Part shown: positions 46,501 through 55,470 of the stretch, piece after piece
How positions within the stretch are numbered: position 1 is the first letter of the stretch
Layout: every line of letters starts with the position of its first letter
Origin: a virus
Direction: 5' to 3' (one strand)
Length of the DNA stretch: 64,000 nt
IMG/VR virus record: IMGVR_UViG_3300005077_000006
Span: 32,001-96,000 of that record
Program-made: the position numbers and the translations under genes
The notes under the pieces: generated by a model
Told to the model about the DNA's origin: nothing
Seen by the model: the letters and a program-made list of their open reading frames with translations, nothing else
Database searches by the model: none

Positions 46501-46529
46501 CTTATCCCCTGCAATCGATCAGATTTTCA
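46501..46529 (-). promoter_or_regulatory. Candidate ATAAG-class promoter, copy 4
   Basis: - strand TGAAAATCTGATCGATTGCAGGGGATAAG, 48 nt upstream of ATG 46453. Confidence 0.55.
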
Positions 46530-47018
46530 GCCTACCTCCAGCTCATCCCCCTTGAGGATCACTCTCGCCTTCATGGGGAGGTCTTCCGGGTACTTCTTGC
46601 ACATGATCACGGCGATGCCTCGCAAGTTCCGTCGGCCCTTGTCCAGTAGGGCGTAGAGCTGCAGCAATCCAAGGTCTTCCCCCATCTTTGGGTGCTGCCG
46701 GACGTTGGTCATCAGCTTGATGCAGAGGTGGTAGAACGGCTCCCAGGTGTGCTTGTAGTCGATGACTCCTTGCAGCCGGACCATCTCGTACTCAGAAAGC
46801 TGGAGGAACAGCTCGGCCCATCGCTCGATGACCTCGGGGGGTATCTGCCTTTGCAGGAGACCCAGGAGTTGCACCGCATCCTGGTACAACTTCAACAGTT
46901 GCTCGTCCGGGACAGTCCGGAGGGCGGAGAGATCGAGCCCGTTGATGCGGAGGAGGAAGGAGACCTGCTTCTCCAACTGGTCAACTCGGGCTTGCAAAAG
47001 GTCCTGCTCGTGACTCAT
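46527..47018 (-). CDS. Helical hypothetical protein
   Basis: Leu-rich 163-aa ORF divergent from the head operon. Confidence 0.65.
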   Translation of the reverse strand: MSHEQDLLQARVDQLEKQVSFLLRINGLDLSALRTVPDEQLLKLYQDAVQLLGLLQRQIPPEVIERWAELFLQLSEYEMVRLQGVIDYKHTWEPFYHLCIKLMTNVRQHPKMGEDLGLLQLYALLDKGRRNLRGIAVIMCKKYPEDLPMKARVILKGDELEVG

Positions 47019-47064
47019 GCTTCCCACCGTGGTTGTGTCGTGTTACCTATATTAGGCACGATTG

Positions 47065-47094
47065 TTGACAGTGCGAAAGGCTCGCACCTATCAT
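47065..47094 (+). promoter_or_regulatory. Sigma70-like promoter for the head operon
   Basis: TTGACA-N18-TATCAT; spacer contains GTGCGA-N5-TCGCAC inverted repeat; GAGGTG RBS and ATG 47111 follow. Confidence 0.6.
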
Positions 47095-47110
47095 TGACCA
47101 GAGGTGAGAC

Positions 47111-48031
47111 ATGAGTGATCCAGGCGCGATCCCTCTTGGTCTGGCGCAGCAGCAGGCCGCGCGGCAGATCGACCCTGAACAACTCGAGCTGATGGGGAAG
47201 AGGGCAGCCGCTCTCTACGATGGTGGTGGCCGCTCCCTCAGCGATGCCGTGGTCGAGGTCGTGAAGGAAGCCAAGCTGGCACCCGAGCAGGTGAAGCGGG
47301 TCTGCGAGTTCGCCAACACCAACGCCTACCTCAGCGCCTTCGAGAAGGCTGGCGAGGTCCGGAACATCACCTTCAACGGTGGTCCCGCCAACCCAGGTCA
47401 GGTGCTGAAGGATCTGAACGACGGCTCCTCCCCCGCGGTCCACCAGGTGGACTCCAGCGACTACAGCGAGCCCGCAGGCAACTACAAGACGGCCAGCGCC
47501 AACATCTCCGTGCTGGCCGACGCCTTCGGGGTGGTCGGCATGGAGAAGACGGCACAGGTCCATGACCACTTCGCCAGGGAGAACCCGGTGGAGGAGGTCA
47601 ACGACCTGCGTGTCATCATCCAGGGCGCCCGAGATCAACTCATGAGCAAGCTCTCCTCGTCCGAGATCTTGCTGACCGATCTCAAGGCCGTGCTGTCCGA
47701 GAAGGTGGCGGAGGCCGTGCTGGAAGGCATGCCCATGGGGGACATCGTCCGGGCATGGTCCAGCTACGGGACCTCCAACCAGATCAAGGAGGCCGCGTCC
47801 TTCGTGCGGGATCACCTGCGCGAGCGCAGGATCATGGGCAAGGACCAGTTCGCCGAGTCCATCACCAAGATCGCCTCCCCAGGGGTGATCGCCAACCCGG
47901 ATCACCCAGTGGTGGACCACTTCATCCTCTTCACCAAGGTGGCGCACGAACATGCGAAGCTCGAGGAAGCGGTGCATATCCTCGAGCTTCGCCTGGACGA
48001 GACCAACGCCGCGCTGAGGAGCATGCTATGA
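47111..48031 (+). CDS. Prohead core/internal protein (putative)
   Basis: EQVKRVCEFANTNAYL; K-x-A sites GKRA, VKEA, YKTA, EKTA, EKVA, IKEA, TKIA, TKVA. Confidence 0.65.
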   Translation: MSDPGAIPLGLAQQQAARQIDPEQLELMGKRAAALYDGGGRSLSDAVVEVVKEAKLAPEQVKRVCEFANTNAYLSAFEKAGEVRNITFNGGPANPGQVLKDLNDGSSPAVHQVDSSDYSEPAGNYKTASANISVLADAFGVVGMEKTAQVHDHFARENPVEEVNDLRVIIQGARDQLMSKLSSSEILLTDLKAVLSEKVAEAVLEGMPMGDIVRAWSSYGTSNQIKEAASFVRDHLRERRIMGKDQFAESITKIASPGVIANPDHPVVDHFILFTKVAHEHAKLEEAVHILELRLDETNAALRSML

Positions 48032-48348
48032 GCATGCAGGGTGTGAGCAACGCCTTCCAGATCCTCCAGGCGATGGAGAAGCAGGGTGAAGGGGGGCTCA
48101 ACATCCTCGGCCGGCTCGGCGAGGCGGCATCCTCGATCGATGCGGCTGGCAAGGGCATGTCCAACGCGCTGAAGGCGCGGGGCCACGGTGGAACGGCCAT
48201 GATCGCACGCTTCGCTCCCCACGCCATCGTCGGCGCCCTCGGCTACAAGGCCTTGAAGGGCCCGTACGAGAAGATGAAGGCGTGGAAGCAGCAACGCGAC
48301 TACGAGAAGGCCATGCGTCAGGCGCAACAAGGAGGGTACTACCAATGA
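48028..48348 (+). CDS. Small tagged protein
   Basis: ATGA coupling; ILQAMEKQG; hydrophobic AIVGALGY. Confidence 0.65.
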   Translation: MSMQGVSNAFQILQAMEKQGEGGLNILGRLGEAASSIDAAGKGMSNALKARGHGGTAMIARFAPHAIVGALGYKALKGPYEKMKAWKQQRDYEKAMRQAQQGGYYQ

Positions 48349-49139
48349 ACCCGGTGGACGACTTCCTGAAGCATGCAGGGTTCATGGACCTCCTCCGGGG
48401 CCTTGGCCGCGGGATCTCTGGCTCCATGGAGCAGCTCCCCGCCGACAAGATCTTGAGCGGTGGTGAGAAGGCCGGACGGGTCATCGGCCAGGTCGGTGTT
48501 CCGGCTCTGGCCGCCGCTGGTCTGGCGGCGGTGGGTCAAGGCGTCTCGAAGGGACTGGGCGCCATCACCAACCGGTTCACCAAGGCCCGGGACTACAAGG
48601 CCATGCTCCAGGCCAATCCTGCGCTGGCCCAGGCTGATGCGTCCACCACCCAGATGTACTTCAACTCCCTGCGCCACGTCTCCCCATCCCTCTCCAAGGA
48701 TCCCCTGGTTGCCGGCTCCTTCGTCCGCAACATGATGGAGCTCCAGCCGGAGTCCGGTCCGGCGATCCCGATCCAGACCACCAAGCTGCTGGCCGATGCC
48801 CAGAAGTCGATCTCCCAGGCCCGCGCCGGTCACCCGATCGCGGAGGCCTTCGCCGGCGGCAAGCCCTCGTTCTACGAGATGACCCGTCAGCGCCCAGAGC
48901 CAGGCCCGGAGCTGGCGTTCACGATGGGTCCCGGGGGCATGCAGGGTCGCTTCCCCTCGGAGGCAGCAGCAGAGGAATTCGCCAGGCGTCAGGGACTCCC
49001 AACGATGGGCCCCGAGCGGCCGCAGCTCATCGAGGAGGAGCGCTTCAAGCACGATCCCTTCGTCGGCCCGATGCCGCAAGGGCAGCCGCACCCCTCTCCG
49101 TGGAAGCCGGAGTCCAAGACGGTCAAGCACTACAGGTAA
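48345..49139 (+). CDS. Tagged protein with hydrophobic Ala/Gly segment
   Basis: ATGA coupling; VDDFLKHAG; GVPALAAAGLAAVG; FNSLRHVSPSLSKDPLVAGSF. Confidence 0.65.
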   Translation: MNPVDDFLKHAGFMDLLRGLGRGISGSMEQLPADKILSGGEKAGRVIGQVGVPALAAAGLAAVGQGVSKGLGAITNRFTKARDYKAMLQANPALAQADASTTQMYFNSLRHVSPSLSKDPLVAGSFVRNMMELQPESGPAIPIQTTKLLADAQKSISQARAGHPIAEAFAGGKPSFYEMTRQRPEPGPELAFTMGPGGMQGRFPSEAAAEEFARRQGLPTMGPERPQLIEEERFKHDPFVGPMPQGQPHPSPWKPESKTVKHYR

Positions 49140-49141
49140 AC

Positions 49142-51022
49142 ATGATCGTCAAGGTCTGTCAGTTCAGAGCCCGGCGTGAGCAGGGCGAACGTCTGGTGGA
49201 GGTATTCCAGCCAGGCGACATGGAGAAGGCAGCGGCATTCTTCTCCAAGAGCGCTGCCCCCATGCTCCCCGAGGTGCAGACGTACCTCGAGAAGCTGACG
49301 CCCTCCCCCAATCGCATCTACGTCCTCGTCAATGCCCTCGGAGCCGGTGAGTTCTGGGGATCGAACATCAACGGGGACTACTTCCCAGAGGCGTCGTTGA
49401 TCCATAAGGGTCCGGTCTACGGATACGAGACCTTCTACAGCGCCTTCCCCTACAAGCACCACGTCAACAAGGATCCAAGCAGGTCGTTCGGCAAGGTGGA
49501 GCTCTCCGCCTGGAACGAGGCCATGAAGCGCGTCGAGCTCGTGGTCATGATTGACCGGGAGCTGGCGGCACGCTTCGGAGCTACCGACATCTGCGACAAG
49601 CTGGATCACGGTCAGTTCCCAGACGTGAGCATGGGGTGCAAGGTCCCCTACGATCTGTGCTCCGTTTGCCTCGACTGGTCGAAGTATCGTGAGGCCCAGT
49701 CCACGTTCGACCCAACGCGCCACCGCTCTGTGGGCGTCGCGGTTCTGGAGTTCCACAAGAAGAACCCCATCCGTGGCCTGTCGGTCACGCGCAACGACTA
49801 CTGCGAGCACCTCAAGAACTTGCTCAACAAGATCTTGGGTGATGGCCGCAAGGTCTACGCGATCAACGACTACCCACGCTTCTTCGACATCAGCTTCGTC
49901 TTCATCGGCGCGGACAAGACAGCTAAGGTCATGGCAAAACTGGCTTCGGCACATGCTGGGGGGTCGAAATATGTAGTGGTACCCTCCTGGCAGGTGGCCG
50001 AAGACCTGGGCTACCAGCAACCAGCCACCGAGAAGGACTTCGAGAAGGCGGCATCTGCTTTGCCGTCTCCCGTGATCCAGATCAAGGAGGCGGCGGTGAA
50101 GCTCAGCGGGATCGAAGCCGTCTTGGCCAAGTTGCGGGAAAAAAGAGCTTCCCACGCGAAGGGCGCGGAGATTATAAAGGAGGTCGTTCCGACCCAATTC
50201 GGTGGCAAGGCAGTTCCGTTGGAAGAGACCTCGAGACCGGACATCCCCACAGAGGTACTGGATCAGATGGGGAAGTGTCCACTGGGTGATGCGATCTCCA
50301 CCCCCACGACGATGGGGATGATCCTCAAGCCCCACGAGTTCCAGCGCATCACCATCATCCACATCGGCAAGAAGCCTCTGGCAGACAAGCTCGATGAGGA
50401 GGGCAAGGTCTTCGCCCCCACCGACTCCACGGACACTTCCGTCCCCGTGGGCTCCGAGCACTTCAGCGACGTCATCAAGAAGCTGCTGCTGCCTCTCCTG
50501 GAGGAGCGGAGCTTCCTGGAGCCAATCGCCACTCGTAGAGCCATCCGGGTGACCATCTCCAAGCCGGAGGAGGCCCAGCCGGAGGAGGCTCGGGAGCCCG
50601 TGAAAGATGACCCCTTCCTACAGAAGATCTCTGCGGCCTATAATGGCTACCTAGATCGCTTCGTGGACTGCTGGAAGGGGACTCCCCAGATCGTGAACGA
50701 GCATGCTGATCTGTGGGAGGCGGTGTACCGGAGGGGGATCGGAGATGGGTTCACGAAGGAAGCGGCTGGTATCAACCTCGGGGTGGTCCTGGGGGGAGCG
50801 GCCGCGGGATACGGACTGAGCCAGTACGCGAAGTGGCAGCGAGAGAAGGCCAGGATGGGAGAACGGGAACCAGTCGGACCGCTCATGGGTATCGCAGCAG
50901 AGTACCCGAAGGTCATGACTGCCCTGGGGACCCTGGCGGCTCTCCAGCAACAAGGTTCAACGATCCCAAAGCGGATCTTGCGCGCTCTCGGTGGCTTTGC
51001 CACGCTGGGAGAATCTCGGTGA
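49142..51022 (+). CDS. Prohead (maturation) protease, probable
   Basis: NINGDYF; HHVNKD; FGKV; DVSMGC.V.YD.CS.C; CEHL; FFDISFVFIGAD.TA fits the herpes/HK97-type (clan SH) protease pattern; upstream of scaffold and capsid genes. Confidence 0.7.
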   Translation: MIVKVCQFRARREQGERLVEVFQPGDMEKAAAFFSKSAAPMLPEVQTYLEKLTPSPNRIYVLVNALGAGEFWGSNINGDYFPEASLIHKGPVYGYETFYSAFPYKHHVNKDPSRSFGKVELSAWNEAMKRVELVVMIDRELAARFGATDICDKLDHGQFPDVSMGCKVPYDLCSVCLDWSKYREAQSTFDPTRHRSVGVAVLEFHKKNPIRGLSVTRNDYCEHLKNLLNKILGDGRKVYAINDYPRFFDISFVFIGADKTAKVMAKLASAHAGGSKYVVVPSWQVAEDLGYQQPATEKDFEKAASALPSPVIQIKEAAVKLSGIEAVLAKLREKRASHAKGAEIIKEVVPTQFGGKAVPLEETSRPDIPTEVLDQMGKCPLGDAISTPTTMGMILKPHEFQRITIIHIGKKPLADKLDEEGKVFAPTDSTDTSVPVGSEHFSDVIKKLLLPLLEERSFLEPIATRRAIRVTISKPEEAQPEEAREPVKDDPFLQKISAAYNGYLDRFVDCWKGTPQIVNEHADLWEAVYRRGIGDGFTKEAAGINLGVVLGGAAAGYGLSQYAKWQREKARMGEREPVGPLMGIAAEYPKVMTALGTLAALQQQGSTIPKRILRALGGFATLGESR

Positions 51023-51104
51023 TCGTCAGAGGTGTTGAGACCTCGAGGACACGGCTCACCGGCTGAGAAGAGACAACGAAACCGAGATCAAAAGGAGAGA
51101 ACAG

Positions 51105-51908
51105 ATGGACGAGCAACTCGCTGCAATCTACGGCACCGGACAGCCCGTGGCCTACGACCAGGAGGACCTCCAGAAGACCGCCGCCGCCGAGCTCCTCGTG
51201 AAGCTCGCCGCCGAGCAGGGGGTGGACCTCAACTCCTTCTCCGACCAGGAGATCGGTGAGATGATCACCGAGCTGTACAAGAACGCCCAGGAAGAGGGCG
51301 CCCCTCCGTTCCCGCCCAAGAAGGAAGAGGCCGTGGCGCACGAGGGCAAGGAGACCAAGGAGGAGGAGGAGAAGGAGGAGGAGCAGAAGAAGGAGGCCCA
51401 GGCCAAGTTCGCCGAGGCCGACTTCCTCGGCCGCGTCATGGCCCACGCCATGGTGCAGGAGCTGAACAACATCGACAAGGTCGCCAGCGCGAAGGAAGTG
51501 GCGGGCAAGGTCGGCAAGTTCTTCCAGGGGCAGGCCCGGAACATCAAGGAGGGCGTGACGGGCTGGCAGAGCGCGGGCCGCAGCGGTGGCAAGGTCGGCC
51601 TGACGGCGCTCGAGCGGGCCAAGAAGCTGGCCCCCGCGGCCGCGACCGCCGCAGGCCTGACGGCCGCCGGTGTCGCCGCCAAGAAGATGTCCGGCGGGAA
51701 GAAGAAGGAAGGCTCCGCGGACTCGGCGCTCGAGGCGCTGGCGGCGGAGAGGGCATGGGAGCTGGCCAAGGAGGCCGGCTACGTGGACGAGCAGGGCAAC
51801 CTCCTCGTCCCGCAGCAGAAGACGGCGTCCGCGCTGGAGCAGGCAGTCGATGTCCGGGCGCTTCAGCTCCTGGAGGCGGCTGGTCTGCCGGTGGAGTGGA
51901 ACCAGTAG
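51105..51908 (+). CDS. Scaffold/core protein, K-x-A rich
   Basis: AAAAGGAG RBS; QKTA, VKLA, YKNA, KKEA, AKFA, DKVA, KKLA, AKEA, QKTA. Confidence 0.7.
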   Translation: MDEQLAAIYGTGQPVAYDQEDLQKTAAAELLVKLAAEQGVDLNSFSDQEIGEMITELYKNAQEEGAPPFPPKKEEAVAHEGKETKEEEEKEEEQKKEAQAKFAEADFLGRVMAHAMVQELNNIDKVASAKEVAGKVGKFFQGQARNIKEGVTGWQSAGRSGGKVGLTALERAKKLAPAAATAAGLTAAGVAAKKMSGGKKKEGSADSALEALAAERAWELAKEAGYVDEQGNLLVPQQKTASALEQAVDVRALQLLEAAGLPVEWNQ

Positions 51909-51923
51909 TTCTGATGGCGTGAG

Positions 51924-52238
51924 ATGAACGGGATCAACATGTCGGCGTTTTTCGAGGAGATTGGCAAGATCGCTGCTGTGCAGCAGCGATCCAGCGACAG
52001 CGTCTGGTCGTCCAAGACGATCGGCGCCCCCCGCTCCAAGCTCCCGGGCCAGCAGGCCCCGAAGGCGCCGACAGCCCCGGGCGATCTCAACGTCAAGATC
52101 ACGGCTCCGGCGTCATCGTACGGACCGAGGCAGAACTACTCGCAACCGAATGAAGCATCCGCACCGGACACCAATCCCTCACAGGGGGCGGAGGTGCGCA
52201 ACGTCCCGCCGCCCAATGTGGTATTTGGTGTGCGGTAG
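51924..52238 (+). CDS. Small tagged Pro-rich protein
   Basis: SAFFEEIGKIAA then a disordered region. Confidence 0.6.
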   Translation: MNGINMSAFFEEIGKIAAVQQRSSDSVWSSKTIGAPRSKLPGQQAPKAPTAPGDLNVKITAPASSYGPRQNYSQPNEASAPDTNPSQGAEVRNVPPPNVVFGVR

Positions 52239-52250
52239 AAGGAGGCCCAG

Positions 52251-53321
52251 ATGAAGTTCTCTCTGCAACGACTGGTCGCTCAGACGCTGGCCGAAGCCGA
52301 GCATCGGGTGAAGCTGGCGCAGGAGGAGGACCAGGAGAAGAAGGAAGAGAAGAAGGAGAACGGGTCTCCGGCCAAGCCGGCCTCTTCCAGCAACGAGAGT
52401 GGCGCCCTGGAGCGCAACGAGGAACCCGTCAGCGAGAAGACCGCGACGGTGTTCGTGGAGAAGCTCGCGAACGCAGTCGAGTACCTCAACGCTCACTACC
52501 TCTCGAAGACGGCCGAGGGAACGTCGGAGACCGTCGGCGCCGGCAAGGGAACCGGCGCAGTGGAGACCAACCTGGGGAGTCCCACCCCGGGAGAGCAGTC
52601 CCAGACCTTCGGGCAGGCGACGCACGATCAGCCCCCGATGAGCCCGGGATCGGACGTCAAGAGCCCCGGCCAGGTCAACCCGGCCACGGCGCTCGAGACC
52701 GACATCAACAACCCTCCGGGTGGCTCCGAGGACTGGACCAACAAGGACGTCGAGTCCCAGAAGGGTGGTCCGGTCAGCGGTGGCACCAAGGAGGCCCAGG
52801 TCGCTCGCGTGCTCAAGGTCATGAGGAAGATGGCCGAGGACGCGATCAACCCGTCGCAGATCAGCGCGGCGGTGACCAACCCTCACCAGAGCAGCCCGGA
52901 GGGCACCTCGCAGGCCGAGGAAGCCGTCCCGGCCCAGCCCGGTGAGGTCAACAAGCAGGACAGCCTCATCGGCTCCAACGAGGCTGCGATCAACTACACC
53001 AAGCAGCAGGCGAAGGCCGTTCCCAAAGCACGGATGGGTGAGGTCATCGACGAACCAGCCCAGAAGAAGTCGACGGATCCGGTCCTTCACCAAAACCTCG
53101 ACGCCACTCCCGAAGCCGGCGTGAAGATCTCGTCGGCACAGGCCAGGGCGGCGGGGCTTGCCCTCCTGCAGAAGATCGCGCAGGAGGGGGCTCAGGAGGA
53201 AGCATCTCCTGAGCAGAAGGAGAGAGCTCAGAAGCTGCGTGAGCTCTTGCAGGCCAAGGAGAAGGAGTCCCAGGGCATGGGGGCTTCCGATCCCAGCATG
53301 CCGCTCGGCGGCGGATTCTAG
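52251..53321 (+). CDS. Scaffold-like disordered protein, K-x-A rich
   Basis: AAGGAGG RBS; VKLA, EKTA, EKLA, SKTA, TKEA, RKMA, QKIA separating low-complexity segments. Confidence 0.7.
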   Translation: MKFSLQRLVAQTLAEAEHRVKLAQEEDQEKKEEKKENGSPAKPASSSNESGALERNEEPVSEKTATVFVEKLANAVEYLNAHYLSKTAEGTSETVGAGKGTGAVETNLGSPTPGEQSQTFGQATHDQPPMSPGSDVKSPGQVNPATALETDINNPPGGSEDWTNKDVESQKGGPVSGGTKEAQVARVLKVMRKMAEDAINPSQISAAVTNPHQSSPEGTSQAEEAVPAQPGEVNKQDSLIGSNEAAINYTKQQAKAVPKARMGEVIDEPAQKKSTDPVLHQNLDATPEAGVKISSAQARAAGLALLQKIAQEGAQEEASPEQKERAQKLRELLQAKEKESQGMGASDPSMPLGGGF

Positions 53322-53330
53322 GAGGAAACC

Positions 53331-53717
53331 ATGGGCAAGGAGAAGATCAGCGCAGCTCAGGCCGCTCAGGTCTACTCAGAAGTCCCGGGTGTCCTCCGGG
53401 CTCTGGTGACCGAGCGCAACGAGCTGCTCGAGAAGAACGCCTCCCTCCGCAAGGAGAACGAGGAGTTCAAGCGGCGAGACCGGATCGAGAAGATCGCCAG
53501 ATCCATGCAGGAGAAGGGGCTCGACCCCAGCTCCAGCCTGGAGGAGAAGGCAGATCGGATCAAGGAGGCCGCGCAACGGGGCAGGTCCCTCGACGTCATC
53601 GAAGAGGCCGTCGAGATGACCGCGCCCAACGGCGAGCTGGCGAAGCTCGCCGAGGAGCAGCCGGGGAACGGAGCGAACCAGCTCGAGGCCTACCTGCTAG
53701 GCGGCCTGTCCGACTGA
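53331..53717 (+). CDS. Coiled-coil scaffold-like protein
   Basis: AGGAGG RBS; heptad region; EKIS, EKNA, EKIA, IKEA, AKLA; C-terminal LEAYLLG. Confidence 0.7.
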   Translation: MGKEKISAAQAAQVYSEVPGVLRALVTERNELLEKNASLRKENEEFKRRDRIEKIARSMQEKGLDPSSSLEEKADRIKEAAQRGRSLDVIEEAVEMTAPNGELAKLAEEQPGNGANQLEAYLLGGLSD

Positions 53718-53749
53718 GCAGCATGACGAGAAACTGAGGAGACGAGACC

Positions 53750-54196
53750 ATGAACATCCACTTCGAGTTGGTCACCGACCTCCAGGGTCTCATCCGTCGC
53801 GACTTCTACCTGGCGGACAAGACCCTGGCGAACCCCAACGCCACGAACCCGCTGATCGATGGCGAGTTCGTGAACCTCGACACCGCGTACAAGCTGGTGC
53901 GCGGCGCCGACGGCACCATCGGCTTCGCCGTCTTCATGGAGCGTGGGCGTTTCGACGTCCAGGCTCTGGGCAAGACCACCGTGCTGTTCCTGGGCGGTTA
54001 CGAGGCGGACACCCGCGTGTTCACCTCGGCCGGTCTCACCCTGGGTGGCAAGCTGCAGCTCAGCGCCTCCGTGACCGTGGATGGCAAGACCAAGTCGGGT
54101 CTGGCCAACTACTCGGCCGGCGAGGTGCTCGGCTACGTCACGCGGCTGCCGGCCAACAACGGCGGGAAGCTCCGCTTCCTGCGGACCCTCGGCTAG
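53750..54196 (+). CDS. Capsid cement/decoration protein (putative)
   Basis: 148-aa beta-rich protein immediately upstream of the major capsid gene. Confidence 0.6.
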   Translation: MNIHFELVTDLQGLIRRDFYLADKTLANPNATNPLIDGEFVNLDTAYKLVRGADGTIGFAVFMERGRFDVQALGKTTVLFLGGYEADTRVFTSAGLTLGGKLQLSASVTVDGKTKSGLANYSAGEVLGYVTRLPANNGGKLRFLRTLG

Positions 54197-54253
54197 GCGC
54201 AAGCCTGAGCTGAGAAGAGGCGAGAGCCAGGAACAAGAGGAAGGAGAAATCAG

Positions 54254-55375
54254 ATGAGCGTTCCCGCAAGAGTCCTGAACGATCTCTTCTCCCAGAAGCT
54301 GGGCACCAGCGAAGGGAAGGAGAAGATCGCGGAGTACGCCGGCACCTACATCCGTGACCGGCTCCGTGAGGTCAGCTTCGCCCGCAAGATCCTGCCCCCG
54401 CAGATGGTCACCCGGGCGGACTGCCAGCGCAGCGTCAACCACGACACCCTGGTGAAGATCATCGACATCGAGCCGAAGTCCCGCGCGATGGCGATCACCT
54501 TCCGCGGTCAGCCGACCGCCCGGTTCATCCGGGCGCCGCGCGCCGAGGTCGCCTTCTTCACCATCAGCTCGGAGAAGTTCGAGAAGACCGAGCAGGAGCT
54601 CCTGGCCTACGAGATGCCGATCACCAAGGTGATCGAGGACAACTCGGTCAAGGACATCCAGGAGATCGAGGACCGCGAGTTCACCATCCACATCGAGGCC
54701 GCAGTCCAGGCCCTCCAGGCGGAGGCCAACGGCGGCGCCACGACCACCCTGAACGCCTCGGCGGTGCAGGCGGGGTCCGTGGTGGAGTTCTCGGTGCGGA
54801 AGGGCGAGCTGGCGCGGGCGGCCGCGACCGACGACGCCACCGTCTACCCGGTGCAGCGGCCGGACTTCGTCAACCTCTTCAAGCTGCTGGACGGCAACCG
54901 GCTCCGCGCGGAGATGATCCTCATCACCGAGGTGGACTGGGACGACATCCTGCAGTGGACCGTCGAGGACTTCGGCGATCGGGTCCAGTCGGAGACGACG
55001 GTGGACGGGTACAAGTACAACCTGCTCCTGGGCAGGGCGTACACCCGCACCATCAAGACCGACATCCTGCGGCCGGGCAACGTGTACTGCTTCACGAAGC
55101 CCGACTTCTTCGGCCGGTTCTTCATCCTGAACAACACCAAGTTCTACATCGACAAGATCGCGAACCTGATCACCTGGCAGTCCTGGGAGGACATCGCCAT
55201 GTCGGTCATCAACATCGCGTCGGTGCGGAAGCTGGAGCTGTACTCGGGTGACGCCACGTCGCTCGACGCCGACGGCATCCTCTCCTCGGTGATCCCGATG
55301 GACGAGGAGGACCTGGGCGCCGAGAACAACCGCGTCGACTCCGGCCTGGTGTTCCCGGGGATCGAGGTCTTCTAG
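54254..55375 (+). CDS. Major capsid protein (HK97 fold inferred)
   Basis: 373 aa, strongly C/G-ending codons, strong RBS, follows protease/scaffold genes, followed by a strong terminator; YIRDRLRE.SFARKILP, KDIQEIEDREF. Confidence 0.8.
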   Translation: MSVPARVLNDLFSQKLGTSEGKEKIAEYAGTYIRDRLREVSFARKILPPQMVTRADCQRSVNHDTLVKIIDIEPKSRAMAITFRGQPTARFIRAPRAEVAFFTISSEKFEKTEQELLAYEMPITKVIEDNSVKDIQEIEDREFTIHIEAAVQALQAEANGGATTTLNASAVQAGSVVEFSVRKGELARAAATDDATVYPVQRPDFVNLFKLLDGNRLRAEMILITEVDWDDILQWTVEDFGDRVQSETTVDGYKYNLLLGRAYTRTIKTDILRPGNVYCFTKPDFFGRFFILNNTKFYIDKIANLITWQSWEDIAMSVINIASVRKLELYSGDATSLDADGILSSVIPMDEEDLGAENNRVDSGLVFPGIEVF

Positions 55376-55422
55376 CTCAACCGAGGGCCCTGAAGGGGTC
55401 TGTCTGTTGGGAGGGACCACGG

Positions 55423-55458
55423 AGGCGCCGGCGTCGCAAGGCGCCGGCGCCTTTTTTC
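55423..55458 (+). terminator. Intrinsic terminator after the capsid gene
   Basis: AGGCGCCGGCGTC-GCAA-GGCGCCGGCGCCT followed by a T run. Confidence 0.9.
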
Positions 55459-55470
55459 TAGGAGGAGACG

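Noticed and set aside
51062-54219. GCTGAGAAGAG shared by the 5' UTRs of 51105 and the capsid gene
   Set aside because: Only two exact copies in purine-rich leaders; cannot be distinguished from chance or RBS-related bias
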